Source: Candidatus Zhuqueibacterota bacterium (lineage in GTDB: Bacteria; Zhuqueibacterota; Zhuqueibacteria; Oceanimicrobiales; Oceanimicrobiaceae). From it: a stretch of 24,948 nt of DNA. Below the pieces are notes generated by a model that was not told the DNA's origin, searched no databases, and was given only the letters and a program-made list of their open reading frames with translations. The translations under genes were made by a program, and so were the position numbers. Positions 7,211-15,183 of the stretch are shown piece after piece; positions within the stretch are counted from its first letter, which is position 1; every line of letters starts with the position of its first letter. The stretch is taken from the NCBI GenBank assembly GCA_029262035.1, contig JAJDAE010000165.1:1-24948 (forward strand), given 5' to 3'.

Positions 7211-9379
7211 CTAGTTTCTTAATTCTTCCCCCGGTTTATATTCTTGCGCTAAATTTGCCCGAACATCTTTTTCATCAAACCAGACCGGCTTAAATTTACG
7301 CCCGGCAAAAAGTTTAGCCTGATCATTATAATGTGGAGAAGATTTATCCTGTGTGGCGGAACCGTACTGATGGATGCTTTGCGAGCGAACTTTGCCATTT
7401 TTATCCCAGGTTGCCATCACAGAGTAGCAGTCACCAAGAAACCCTCGCAGGCGTCCGTCCTTCTTTTTCTCACCGTAAACGGCATGTAATGCATCCGGCC
7501 CGCCGGCCATACCAACATCCAGATCACCTCGGATGAGGCGGTTGACCTGGCGCCAGGGTACATCAATCCTACCAAAGTTTTGCTTTAATTCAGCGGCGGT
7601 TGTAACTAAGGCTTCAAATAAAACAGATGCCTCCGTATCCCATTTTTTTTTCTTGACGAAGGGTTGAAAAGTTAAAATAACCAGGGCAGTTCTGGTGTTT
7701 TCAGCATTAGCTTTAAAGTCCCATGCTTTGAGAATCTCAACTGCTTTTTGGGCGATTTTATCATCTTTCGGAACCGGAACTGTTAAGGCGCGACGAATCA
7801 TTTCAACCACAACTGAATTTTGTGAATAAGTATTGTCAAATTTATATTTATAAAATTCTTCTTCAGAAATAAATGGGTCATTCCCAAAAAGTTCAAGTGC
7901 CCGATGAGCTCGATTGGTCATTCTGTTTTCGATGCCCATGGTCGGAGAATAGTTTGCCTTAATCGGGTTATCATCGCCGGTTGTGGTTCTGAAAGGCGTG
8001 TTATTACAGCTTTGCACAAACCCTGACGCCGGATTAAAAACTTTTGGCAAGTCTTCATACGGTACAAATTCAGACCACAAAGTTTCGGATGTATTGCCGG
8101 GCAAATATTGCCGCCAGTCGTAGCCTTCTGCCCGAACTGGAATTTTGGCATTATAAAGATAAAAAATATTGCCTTGATAATCAGCGTAGACGCAATTGAA
8201 TTTGGGTATGGCCATCATTTTCATGGCGCTTTCCCATTCCTGAAAATTTCGGGCTTTGTTCATACGAAACCATTGTTCAAGGTGGCGTACTTCATTCATG
8301 CCGGGGTAACGCAGGGCATAAGTACCGTGCGGTCGGCGAACCACAGGCCCGTAAACCGACCAAAGCGCCTCACGTTCAAAAGTCCACGATACGGTATCGA
8401 GAAATTTTATTTTGAGCGGCGCCGGCCTTATTTCGAGTTCCATCCATTCGCCATCAAATTTGTATTGGTTTTCATTTTCAGGGTTTATTTCCAGGACATA
8501 GGTATCCACGAGATCGGGCTTGTTCACGGTGTGAACCCAACCCAATTTTTTATTGTGGCCGTTCATTACCACGGGAGAAGTCGGGAATGTCCCGCCGGTA
8601 ATGTCCCAGCCTTGCTGGCTGTGCAAATTAACTTCGTACCATGTGAATGGCCCTTCCCAGGGCTGATGCGAATTTACCGCAAGAAAAGTTTCGCCGTCAG
8701 CGCTGCGTGCCGGGCTAACTGCGAAACCATTTGAGCCATAGTAATCTTCCCACCCCGAGTGTTTAATGTCGTATTTTACAACAGCCTTTTCCGAAACAGT
8801 ACGTCTTCTTTCTTCTTTATAAAGTTCTCTAATTCTTCGATGAATGCCAAAAAAGAACGGCACTTTTAGCACAAAGCCGGCAACTATGTCTTTTGCTGTT
8901 ACAGGCAAAAAACCTGAATAAACCACTTTGGGGTGTAACTTTGCATAATGGTTGATGCCTTCGGCGTAAGCTGCACATACGGCTTTTATATCCGGTGAAA
9001 TGTTTGTATCGAAATTATCGTTGACAACATCCCAAATTCGTAGTAGATGCACCAGGTAATCTACCGGCGCAAATTTCTTTCCAAGAGCGGCTGCTAAATT
9101 TCCCCTGGCGCCTAAAATGGCATTTTGAATCGTCTTAAAATCGTCCTGTGAATGGGCATAACCTAAGCCATAAGAGACATCAGGGTCTGACACACCAAAA
9201 ATATGTGGCACACCCCATGTATCCCTTAAGATTTTAACGTCGTAACTTTCATCCACCAGCGGAGTATTTATTTCGATTGGTTCAAGATCTGGCTGGAAAA
9301 ATGTAAATGCTGCCGCAGAAAGACTCATGAGTGCAATTCCTAGAAGAATACTTTTCCTAAAAGTCTTTTTTTGTTTCAT
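7211..9379 (-). CDS. Penicillin acylase family protein (peptidase S45 Ntn hydrolase; acyl-homoserine-lactone or beta-lactam acylase type), secreted
   Basis: N-terminal signal peptide (MKQKKTFRKSILLGIALMSLSAAAF). Internal GSNGFAV motif typical of the autoprocessing site, where Ser becomes the beta-subunit N-terminal nucleophile. Size of 722 aa fits the family. Confidence 0.88.
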   Translation of the reverse strand: MKQKKTFRKSILLGIALMSLSAAAFTFFQPDLEPIEINTPLVDESYDVKILRDTWGVPHIFGVSDPDVSYGLGYAHSQDDFKTIQNAILGARGNLAAALGKKFAPVDYLVHLLRIWDVVNDNFDTNISPDIKAVCAAYAEGINHYAKLHPKVVYSGFLPVTAKDIVAGFVLKVPFFFGIHRRIRELYKEERRRTVSEKAVVKYDIKHSGWEDYYGSNGFAVSPARSADGETFLAVNSHQPWEGPFTWYEVNLHSQQGWDITGGTFPTSPVVMNGHNKKLGWVHTVNKPDLVDTYVLEINPENENQYKFDGEWMELEIRPAPLKIKFLDTVSWTFEREALWSVYGPVVRRPHGTYALRYPGMNEVRHLEQWFRMNKARNFQEWESAMKMMAIPKFNCVYADYQGNIFYLYNAKIPVRAEGYDWRQYLPGNTSETLWSEFVPYEDLPKVFNPASGFVQSCNNTPFRTTTGDDNPIKANYSPTMGIENRMTNRAHRALELFGNDPFISEEEFYKYKFDNTYSQNSVVVEMIRRALTVPVPKDDKIAQKAVEILKAWDFKANAENTRTALVILTFQPFVKKKKWDTEASVLFEALVTTAAELKQNFGRIDVPWRQVNRLIRGDLDVGMAGGPDALHAVYGEKKKDGRLRGFLGDCYSVMATWDKNGKVRSQSIHQYGSATQDKSSPHYNDQAKLFAGRKFKPVWFDEKDVRANLAQEYKPGEELRN

Positions 9380-9586
9380 TACAACTCCGTAACCTTATGT
9401 TATTCAGTAATTAATGTTTTATATGTGGTGTTTTAAAATGAAAATAATTCCTCACTTTTATACCAGATGTTATATAATTCTATCGGCTGCAAGACGGGTC
9501 GTATTTTTGCAATTAATTTAAATTAACATTGATTAAGTTTTGTGAAACCCAACATTTTATTGTGTTTGTAGTTTTAAACTTTTTAG

Positions 9587-9615
9587 TTGACTATTAGGCT
9601 TGAGTAATCTATATT
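9587..9615 (+). promoter_or_regulatory. Sigma70-like promoter candidate (TTGACT-N17-TATATT)
   Basis: TTGACT at 9587-9592 and TATATT at 9610-9615 with a 17-nt spacer, in the AT-rich spacer upstream of the 9785 ORF. It would imply a ~160-nt leader. AT-rich context makes chance matches likely. Confidence 0.25.
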
Positions 9616-9784
9616 TAATCACACCTAATTCTATATAAATCAACAACTTGGTGTAGTTGTTTTCGAATAGTTAGCAATAATTTGCTCATAAATACACTTT
9701 TGCACATAAATACTGTTTTAACTCGCTTGTTTTGTTGTATAGTCGCAAAACCTCACAACCTCGCATCCTAACCTTGTTGAAGAA

Positions 9785-10045
9785 ATGTCCTCTAAAGCAA
9801 TTATTATCTCAGAAGTTGAATCGACAATAAATAAAAAATATTCGGATTGGGAAATTGGTATTACGAATGAACCTGGAAAGCGAAAAGCACAATTGGGCAA
9901 TCCGTTAAGCTGGCTGCAATGGCAAGCTGCGTCAGAAGATGTCGCATTATTTATTTTGGCTTACTTTCTCGATTCGGGTTTGAAACTTTCAGGGAAAAAA
10001 CCTGAACAAGGGAAACATGTCTTTATTCTTTTGAAGTCCGATTAG
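9785..10045 (+). CDS. Hypothetical small protein (86 aa), orphan
   Basis: ORF with a weak RBS. The segment WEIGITNEPGKRK...ASEDVA...FL..G faintly recalls GIY-YIG/T5orf172-like cores but lacks the GIY part. Convergent with motB, leaving only 13 nt between the stops. Confidence 0.4.
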   Translation: MSSKAIIISEVESTINKKYSDWEIGITNEPGKRKAQLGNPLSWLQWQAASEDVALFILAYFLDSGLKLSGKKPEQGKHVFILLKSD

Positions 10046-10058
10046 CTTATTTTTAAGT

Positions 10059-10703
10059 TTAATTTATCAGTAAACTGACTCTTCGATTTACCGGTAATCC
10101 TCGTCTTGCAGAATTTTCCTTTTCTTTGAGGCGAGTATCTGCATAACCAATGGCCACAAAACGGTTTGATAAGACATTTTTTGTAAGAAGAAACCGAATA
10201 ACGCTGGCTGAACGTGCTGTTGAAAGTTCCCAGTTTGATGGATATAAAGCATTTTGTGATAAAGGCACAGTATCGGTGTGACCTTCGACCTTTACGTTGC
10301 GACTTGCAACATCTGTTGAATTTAAAATATCCGCCAATGCGCCAAAGATTGGCGCCGAATCCTGCTTTAGTTCTGCCTTTCCGGAATCAAATAAAACATT
10401 ATCTTGAAAATTTACCAACAAGCCGTCGGGTGTGAGTTCAACATCGACACTTTCCTGAAGATTATGTTGCTGTACCAGCTCTTTAAATCTTTCCTCTAAA
10501 ACATGCAGAGGCATGGATTGACTCTTATTAAAGTATTCCATGATCATTTCGAACTTAACCTGGTCGACTTGCGAGATAGCAAAAAATAGGACAAAAAAGG
10601 CCAACAATAAGGTGACCATATCACTGTATGCAAGAAGCCAGGGCTGATCTTCTTTTTTATCAAAATTATAGGGGTTGGCGCGGTCCGGGATGTTGAGTTT
10701 CAT
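10059..10703 (-). CDS. motB: MotB-type stator subunit (OmpA-like peptidoglycan-binding C-domain)
   Basis: Single TM with the conserved channel Asp (PWLLAYSDMVTLLLAFFVLF; D28 is codon 10620-10622). C-terminal OmpA-like motifs (NWELSTARSASVIRFL, NRRVSLLI). Start is 2 nt after the motA stop. Confidence 0.85.
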   Translation of the reverse strand: MKLNIPDRANPYNFDKKEDQPWLLAYSDMVTLLLAFFVLFFAISQVDQVKFEMIMEYFNKSQSMPLHVLEERFKELVQQHNLQESVDVELTPDGLLVNFQDNVLFDSGKAELKQDSAPIFGALADILNSTDVASRNVKVEGHTDTVPLSQNALYPSNWELSTARSASVIRFLLTKNVLSNRFVAIGYADTRLKEKENSARRGLPVNRRVSLLIN

Positions 10704-10705
10704 AA

Positions 10706-11524
10706 TTAGGCAAGCGCTTTTTCAGGCGTTCTGGATATCTTACCGTTGGTTTTACTGAGCTTGCTGACTTTTTTACGGCTGCCGGCGCTTAAGTAAGCAC
10801 ATAATTTATCACGAACATAAATATAATTTTTGCCGTCGTAAAGCATGTCCACCGCTTCCAGTTCCATGGTTTCAAGCAACAGGTTGTTTTCTGCACGTTC
10901 TTTAATTTTTTCAGAAATCGGCATAAAAATAATATTCGTCAAAATTAAACCATAAAAGGTTGTGGTTAAAGCAACAGCGAGGCCAATGCCTACTTCTCCC
11001 GGATTGCTTTGCAGGGTGATTAGCATGTTAATTAAGCCGATCAACGTACCGATCATTCCAAAGGCCGGGGCGAACTTTCCCATCGTGGCAAAAAGTTGAT
11101 GCTGCTTCATTTCACGGGCCATTTGCCAGCTTATTTGGTCTTCCAGAATAACATGCGTTTCTTCTTTCGAAAATCCGTTTGCCATCATCTGGACACCATC
11201 TTGAAATATCCATAATTTTTTCATTGGGTTGGTCTCCCGGGACAGGGATTCCATGCCATCGCGTTGAAAGGAGCGGGTGGCGTTTACCATTTGATTAACG
11301 GCTTTAACATAATTATGACTGCCGGATTTAAAGATGACGAAGTAAGATCTAAATGCCCGTAATACTTCCCGGATGGGGTAGGAAACAAAAGTTGAAGCTA
11401 TTGTACCACCGACAACAATTGCAACTCCATTCCAATTCAAGAAAATTTCAATCGGTGCTTTACCGGTGTAAATGCCGTAACCAACTAAAAAGACGCCTAT
11501 TACAAAACCTAAAACAGTTAGCAT
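10706..11524 (-). CDS. motA: MotA/PomA-type stator subunit (4-TM ion channel)
   Basis: 272 aa. Two N-terminal TM helices, a ~100-aa cytoplasmic loop, then PAFGMIGTLIGLI and ALTTTFYGLILTNIIFMPIS (the two conserved Pro-containing helices). The loop has R84 and E92 at the same +8 spacing as E. coli MotA R90/E98. Confidence 0.85.
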   Translation of the reverse strand: MLTVLGFVIGVFLVGYGIYTGKAPIEIFLNWNGVAIVVGGTIASTFVSYPIREVLRAFRSYFVIFKSGSHNYVKAVNQMVNATRSFQRDGMESLSRETNPMKKLWIFQDGVQMMANGFSKEETHVILEDQISWQMAREMKQHQLFATMGKFAPAFGMIGTLIGLINMLITLQSNPGEVGIGLAVALTTTFYGLILTNIIFMPISEKIKERAENNLLLETMELEAVDMLYDGKNYIYVRDKLCAYLSAGSRKKVSKLSKTNGKISRTPEKALA

Positions 11525-11540
11525 TTTTTATCCATGTTTT

Positions 11541-12224
11541 TTAGTTTTCACTGAAGCGGGAAACGAGTTCCTTTACTTCGTCCAAATCGGGGTTAATTTT
11601 CAACGCATTCTCCCAGGCATTGACTGCGGCTTTTGTATCCCCGCTTACGTAGTAAATGGAACCACCCAGCGCATAGGCCGTTGCCGTCTTTTTCTTTTCC
11701 AGAGAATCCTTTAATACATTTAATGCGTCGGTGTATTTGCGTTCGTAAAACATCTTCTGCGCCAAATTAATATCCCGGATGATCTCGTCCGTGAGATCTT
11801 CTGCATCAAGATTTGTCGCTTCCAGGGGGTCGAAATCCTTTTCAGAATCCGGGGATTTTTTACCCAACAGGATTGAGTCGCCTTTTTGTATTTCAAGAAA
11901 ACCTTCGGGACCACGTACCAAATCTAAATTTAAATTAGTCGATTGTGGATCCAGAACCATTTCAACTTCCGTATCATTTTGCTGGAATTTTATTTTCAAA
12001 TATTCATTCTGTTGCTGTGCGGCTTTTTTACTGGGCTTTAAAGTAACAATCCTTTTTTGGTTTGAAGATTTCAATGTGTCTTCTGCTGTATTTTTTTGCA
12101 TCGCCGGGCTATTATCAGAAACAAAGTCGTTTTTTTGAAGCTCTTTTTTTGAACAACCGACAGCCAAAATCAAAAGCGCAAAAATTGTAAAAAGAAAAAT
12201 ATTTGTTTTTAACATGGCGTTCAT
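11541..12224 (-). CDS. TPR-repeat lipoprotein
   Basis: Signal peptide with lipobox (FALLILAVGCSKK). The C-terminal ~70 aa look like TPR repeats (YTDALNVLKDSLEKKKTATAYALGGSIYYVSGDTKAAVNAWENALKINPD). Start is 1 nt after the upstream gene's stop. Confidence 0.75.
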   Translation of the reverse strand: MNAMLKTNIFLFTIFALLILAVGCSKKELQKNDFVSDNSPAMQKNTAEDTLKSSNQKRIVTLKPSKKAAQQQNEYLKIKFQQNDTEVEMVLDPQSTNLNLDLVRGPEGFLEIQKGDSILLGKKSPDSEKDFDPLEATNLDAEDLTDEIIRDINLAQKMFYERKYTDALNVLKDSLEKKKTATAYALGGSIYYVSGDTKAAVNAWENALKINPDLDEVKELVSRFSEN

Positions 12225-12225
12225 C

Positions 12226-13347
12226 CTAAAGTGAGAACTGCAACAAAAATAGCTCGAAATGAGAGCCGGAAACTTTCATTCGGATCGGAGTATCGGTTGA
12301 ACTGACATTGGATGAATTAAACTCCGATCCAAAAATTGTTGACACACCTGCCGAAACCGAAAAACGGCTGCTAAGATCAGATCGCAACCCAAAACCGATT
12401 CCTGTGATATCGGACATCTTGGTGGTAAAATAACGAGTCACGTTTAAATAAATTGAAAGCCAATCAGATGAAACGCTTTTTTTATTCTTTAATAAAGTTG
12501 AATTAAACATGACTTTGAAATTAAATGAAACCGGCAGGAAAGCACCGGCGCCTCCTTCTTTTGCATAAAATGTGTTGTCTGCAAATTCAGTATTGTTGAG
12601 CTTTATGCCCTCGGAAAGAAATGACACGCCTGCACGGAAATCATATCTGAATCGGCTTTGCGGCTCGAGGTATTGATATATCCCAAAGTAGATGGCATAC
12701 TGCACCAGCCGATCATTGAAACCCGAATTGATCAATGAGTCCGCAGATGCATCGATATCCACACTAAAGACTTCAACCCCGGCATTAATACTGCGCATGA
12801 GGGGATTCAAAACTGCCGGCTCAAAACTCTTTTCGTACGCTGTGTAGGAGTGAATCCACAAAATATCGTTGGTGCCGGTTTTGTTCAACCGCAAGTCGAG
12901 GAACAGCGCTTTGCCTTCAACGTAGGTCAAGCTGCCTTCCAGAAATGCGTCAATACGCAGACGTTTGCCGACTTTCCACAGTTCGTCCGGAGATGGCAAT
13001 GCATTCATTATTGAAAAGCTGCTGTCAGTGGATGATATTTTTAACGTGTTCATGTCTGGCAGTGAGACTACTACCGGTGTTTCAAGGCTTTTGAAAATTT
13101 CTTCGAGCCGGCTTTCAAAATGGTCTTTTAAAGGTGCTGGAATATATGCACCCTCAACTGCTAAGTTGTAAACGGCAATGCGTTTCAAACCAGGATTTAT
13201 TTCAGCGAGGTCTGCCGGGATTTGGTTGAAAATGTCTTCCATTAAGTTTAAAATTTTTTCATTGGTGGTGCCGTTTTGAGCAAAACCAAACCCGCAGAAA
13301 CAGAGCAGGTAAACTACGATTAAATTAGTTTTAAGCAGCTTCTTCAT
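12226..13347 (-). CDS. Secreted protein: N-terminal FlgO/CsgG/LpoB-like alpha/beta domain plus a beta-strand-rich C-terminal half (possible outer-membrane barrel)
   Basis: Signal peptide (LLCFCGFGFAQ). RIAVYNLAVEG...DAFLEGSLTYVEGKALFLDLRLNKTGTNDILW matches, by eye, the KIAV-x-F...G-x-V...L-x-L-R-L-x-D pattern of that domain class. The C-half has alternating hydrophobic and aromatic strands. Confidence 0.6.
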   Translation of the reverse strand: MKKLLKTNLIVVYLLCFCGFGFAQNGTTNEKILNLMEDIFNQIPADLAEINPGLKRIAVYNLAVEGAYIPAPLKDHFESRLEEIFKSLETPVVVSLPDMNTLKISSTDSSFSIMNALPSPDELWKVGKRLRIDAFLEGSLTYVEGKALFLDLRLNKTGTNDILWIHSYTAYEKSFEPAVLNPLMRSINAGVEVFSVDIDASADSLINSGFNDRLVQYAIYFGIYQYLEPQSRFRYDFRAGVSFLSEGIKLNNTEFADNTFYAKEGGAGAFLPVSFNFKVMFNSTLLKNKKSVSSDWLSIYLNVTRYFTTKMSDITGIGFGLRSDLSSRFSVSAGVSTIFGSEFNSSNVSSTDTPIRMKVSGSHFELFLLQFSL

Positions 13348-13351
13348 CGTT

Positions 13352-15148
13352 CTACGAAATCCTTTTTAATCTTAGTTTGCGCATCATCGCACGCCTTGCA
13401 TCGGCCACTTCACTTTCCGGAATATTAATATTTACCTCAAGGCTGGCGCGAACCAATTCACCCAGTTTCTCAGGCAGCGAAGTGATGATGCCTTCCACGA
13501 CATTATCATCGAGCGTAATCAACGACTTGGCCAGAGTGTCACGGTCAATCTCCAGAGCTACTTCGCGCATTTTGTCACTGGACTGGTTGATAAGCTGGCC
13601 GAAAGTCATAAATTGCTTGTTCACTTTTCGAGCCAGGAAAACATCTTTGGTTTGGATATACTGAATGGTTTCGTTTTGCTCATCTTCATCCATATAGTCG
13701 AGAACCTTGACTAAGGCGTCGGTACCGTTGGCGCGAACGTAGCGCATTTGCTGTAAATCGTTGGCACGCACCGCCAACTGATTGGCAACATGCTTGTAAA
13801 CATCAGCCGGAATTTTATCGATATTTCCCATGGCCGAGAGAACAATTTTGCGTTCATCGGAGTCGAGCTTGCTAATTAATTTTGCTGTCCGGTTGGTTTT
13901 TAGCTGTGCAAGTACAATTGCCATAACACCGGTTTTAAGCGGCTTGATCAAATGCTGCAACTGTTCATCCGTCATGTGGTTCAGAAATTCCAGCGCGTCT
14001 ACTTCCGAATCGTATTTATCTTTTAAAATCAGCTTGTTGGCCTCGCCATCAAATTGCGTTAAAAGGCGCACGGAGTTTTGTTCAACTTCTTCGGGTGTGA
14101 GCAGGGTAATTCGTTGGTGAATATCGATTGTAAGTTGTTGGCCAAAATGTGGTTCCATCAGGTTGGTTAAGGATCTCGATGCAACAGACAAAACAATTGC
14201 CGTATGAAATAGCCCTTCATCGCCTTGCTCCTCAATCCAGCCGCTAAAAACTTTTGAACTGGCATTGGGCGCTCCGACGATAACATCTATCACCCGGGCC
14301 TTCAGAGCATCGCTGCTTTGTACGATTTCATTTTTCGTTGAGCCGTTTGCCGCTGCACGCGATGGCAGAGTAATGGTTTCATTTGGTGATAAAACTTTTG
14401 CCTTTGAAGCAGCCTCATCGGGGTGCTTCAAAAATTTCGCGATATTCCGCTGACCGGCCCAAAATAAGAGTAGGAGCAGTAAAGCCAATCCTGCTGCGAA
14501 AACATAGGGCATCCAATCGACTTTAGATTTTTGAGGCTCGTTAAAAGCTTCAGGTTTTGCCAGAGATTCATTTAAAGTCGCTGCAACCTCTTCCTCATCT
14601 TCCGGGAAAAAATCAGCTTTTTCAGGAAAGTCCAATCCTTCAATACGAACAGCATCGCCACGGCTGGGTTCGAGGTTGGCGGTTAAATTCACAAAGCGGC
14701 GAATAAAAGACCAATCCTTTTGTACCAAACTTTTGTCAACGAGAACATCCACACGGATGCGATTTATCTCGAATTTTTTCTTGTTAATTTGGCTACGTAA
14801 GTTATCTTGCGGCGCTTCTTTTGCTTCCGCTAAAGATTCCGGTAAATAGGGCAGTCCGGGCAGATTCGTTAAATCTTTGCTAAGCAGTGCGTCCGGCAGT
14901 TCGGGCAGAATTGTTTTCGGCGAAACCTTTTGTAATTTCACCCGGGTATTAACTACAAATTTGTTTTCGGGGTAGTATAACAGAAGAGCATTTTGAAGAT
15001 TCCAGGTCAGGTTGGCTTCCATACTTTTTTCAATTTCGCCCAGTGGTTTTTCTGCGCGAAAGGATTGTATGGCAAGTACCGGTCTAATCCCGAAGATTAT
15101 AACTGCGCTAAATAATAGCGTCTTGAAGCAATTCATAGAAAGTTTCAT
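13352..15148 (-). CDS. Membrane protein with a FliF-like periplasmic segment fused through a TM helix to a full FliG-like (N, M, C) cytoplasmic region
   Basis: aa 9-26 form a hydrophobic signal or TM1. aa 128-175 (INRIRVDVLVDKSLVQKDWSFIRRFVNLTANLEPSRGDAVRIEGLDF) resemble the FliF C-terminal ring motif ending in RGD-x-V-x-V-x-x-x-F. TM is at aa 213-231 (MPYVFAAGLALLLLLLFWA). aa ~283-598 align by eye along the whole of Thermotoga/E. coli FliG. Example segments are FLNHMTDEQLQHLIK..VMAIVLAQL, NGTDALVKVLDYMDEDEQN and REVALEIDRDTLAKSLITLDDNVVEGIITSLPEKLGELVRASLE. Confidence 0.8.
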   Translation of the reverse strand: MKLSMNCFKTLLFSAVIIFGIRPVLAIQSFRAEKPLGEIEKSMEANLTWNLQNALLLYYPENKFVVNTRVKLQKVSPKTILPELPDALLSKDLTNLPGLPYLPESLAEAKEAPQDNLRSQINKKKFEINRIRVDVLVDKSLVQKDWSFIRRFVNLTANLEPSRGDAVRIEGLDFPEKADFFPEDEEEVAATLNESLAKPEAFNEPQKSKVDWMPYVFAAGLALLLLLLFWAGQRNIAKFLKHPDEAASKAKVLSPNETITLPSRAAANGSTKNEIVQSSDALKARVIDVIVGAPNASSKVFSGWIEEQGDEGLFHTAIVLSVASRSLTNLMEPHFGQQLTIDIHQRITLLTPEEVEQNSVRLLTQFDGEANKLILKDKYDSEVDALEFLNHMTDEQLQHLIKPLKTGVMAIVLAQLKTNRTAKLISKLDSDERKIVLSAMGNIDKIPADVYKHVANQLAVRANDLQQMRYVRANGTDALVKVLDYMDEDEQNETIQYIQTKDVFLARKVNKQFMTFGQLINQSSDKMREVALEIDRDTLAKSLITLDDNVVEGIITSLPEKLGELVRASLEVNINIPESEVADARRAMMRKLRLKRIS

Positions 15149-15183
15149 AGGTGTTCCATCACCATTAATTGAGCTAGTTTTGG

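Noticed and set aside
10059-11524. The MotA/MotB pair as the core of a Zorya-type anti-phage defence system
   Set aside because: ZorA proteins carry a very long C-terminal tail and are followed by ZorC/ZorD-type (or ZorE) genes. This MotA is a standard 272-aa four-TM protein. Its partners are FliG-like, TPR and secreted proteins, with no nuclease or helicase effector.
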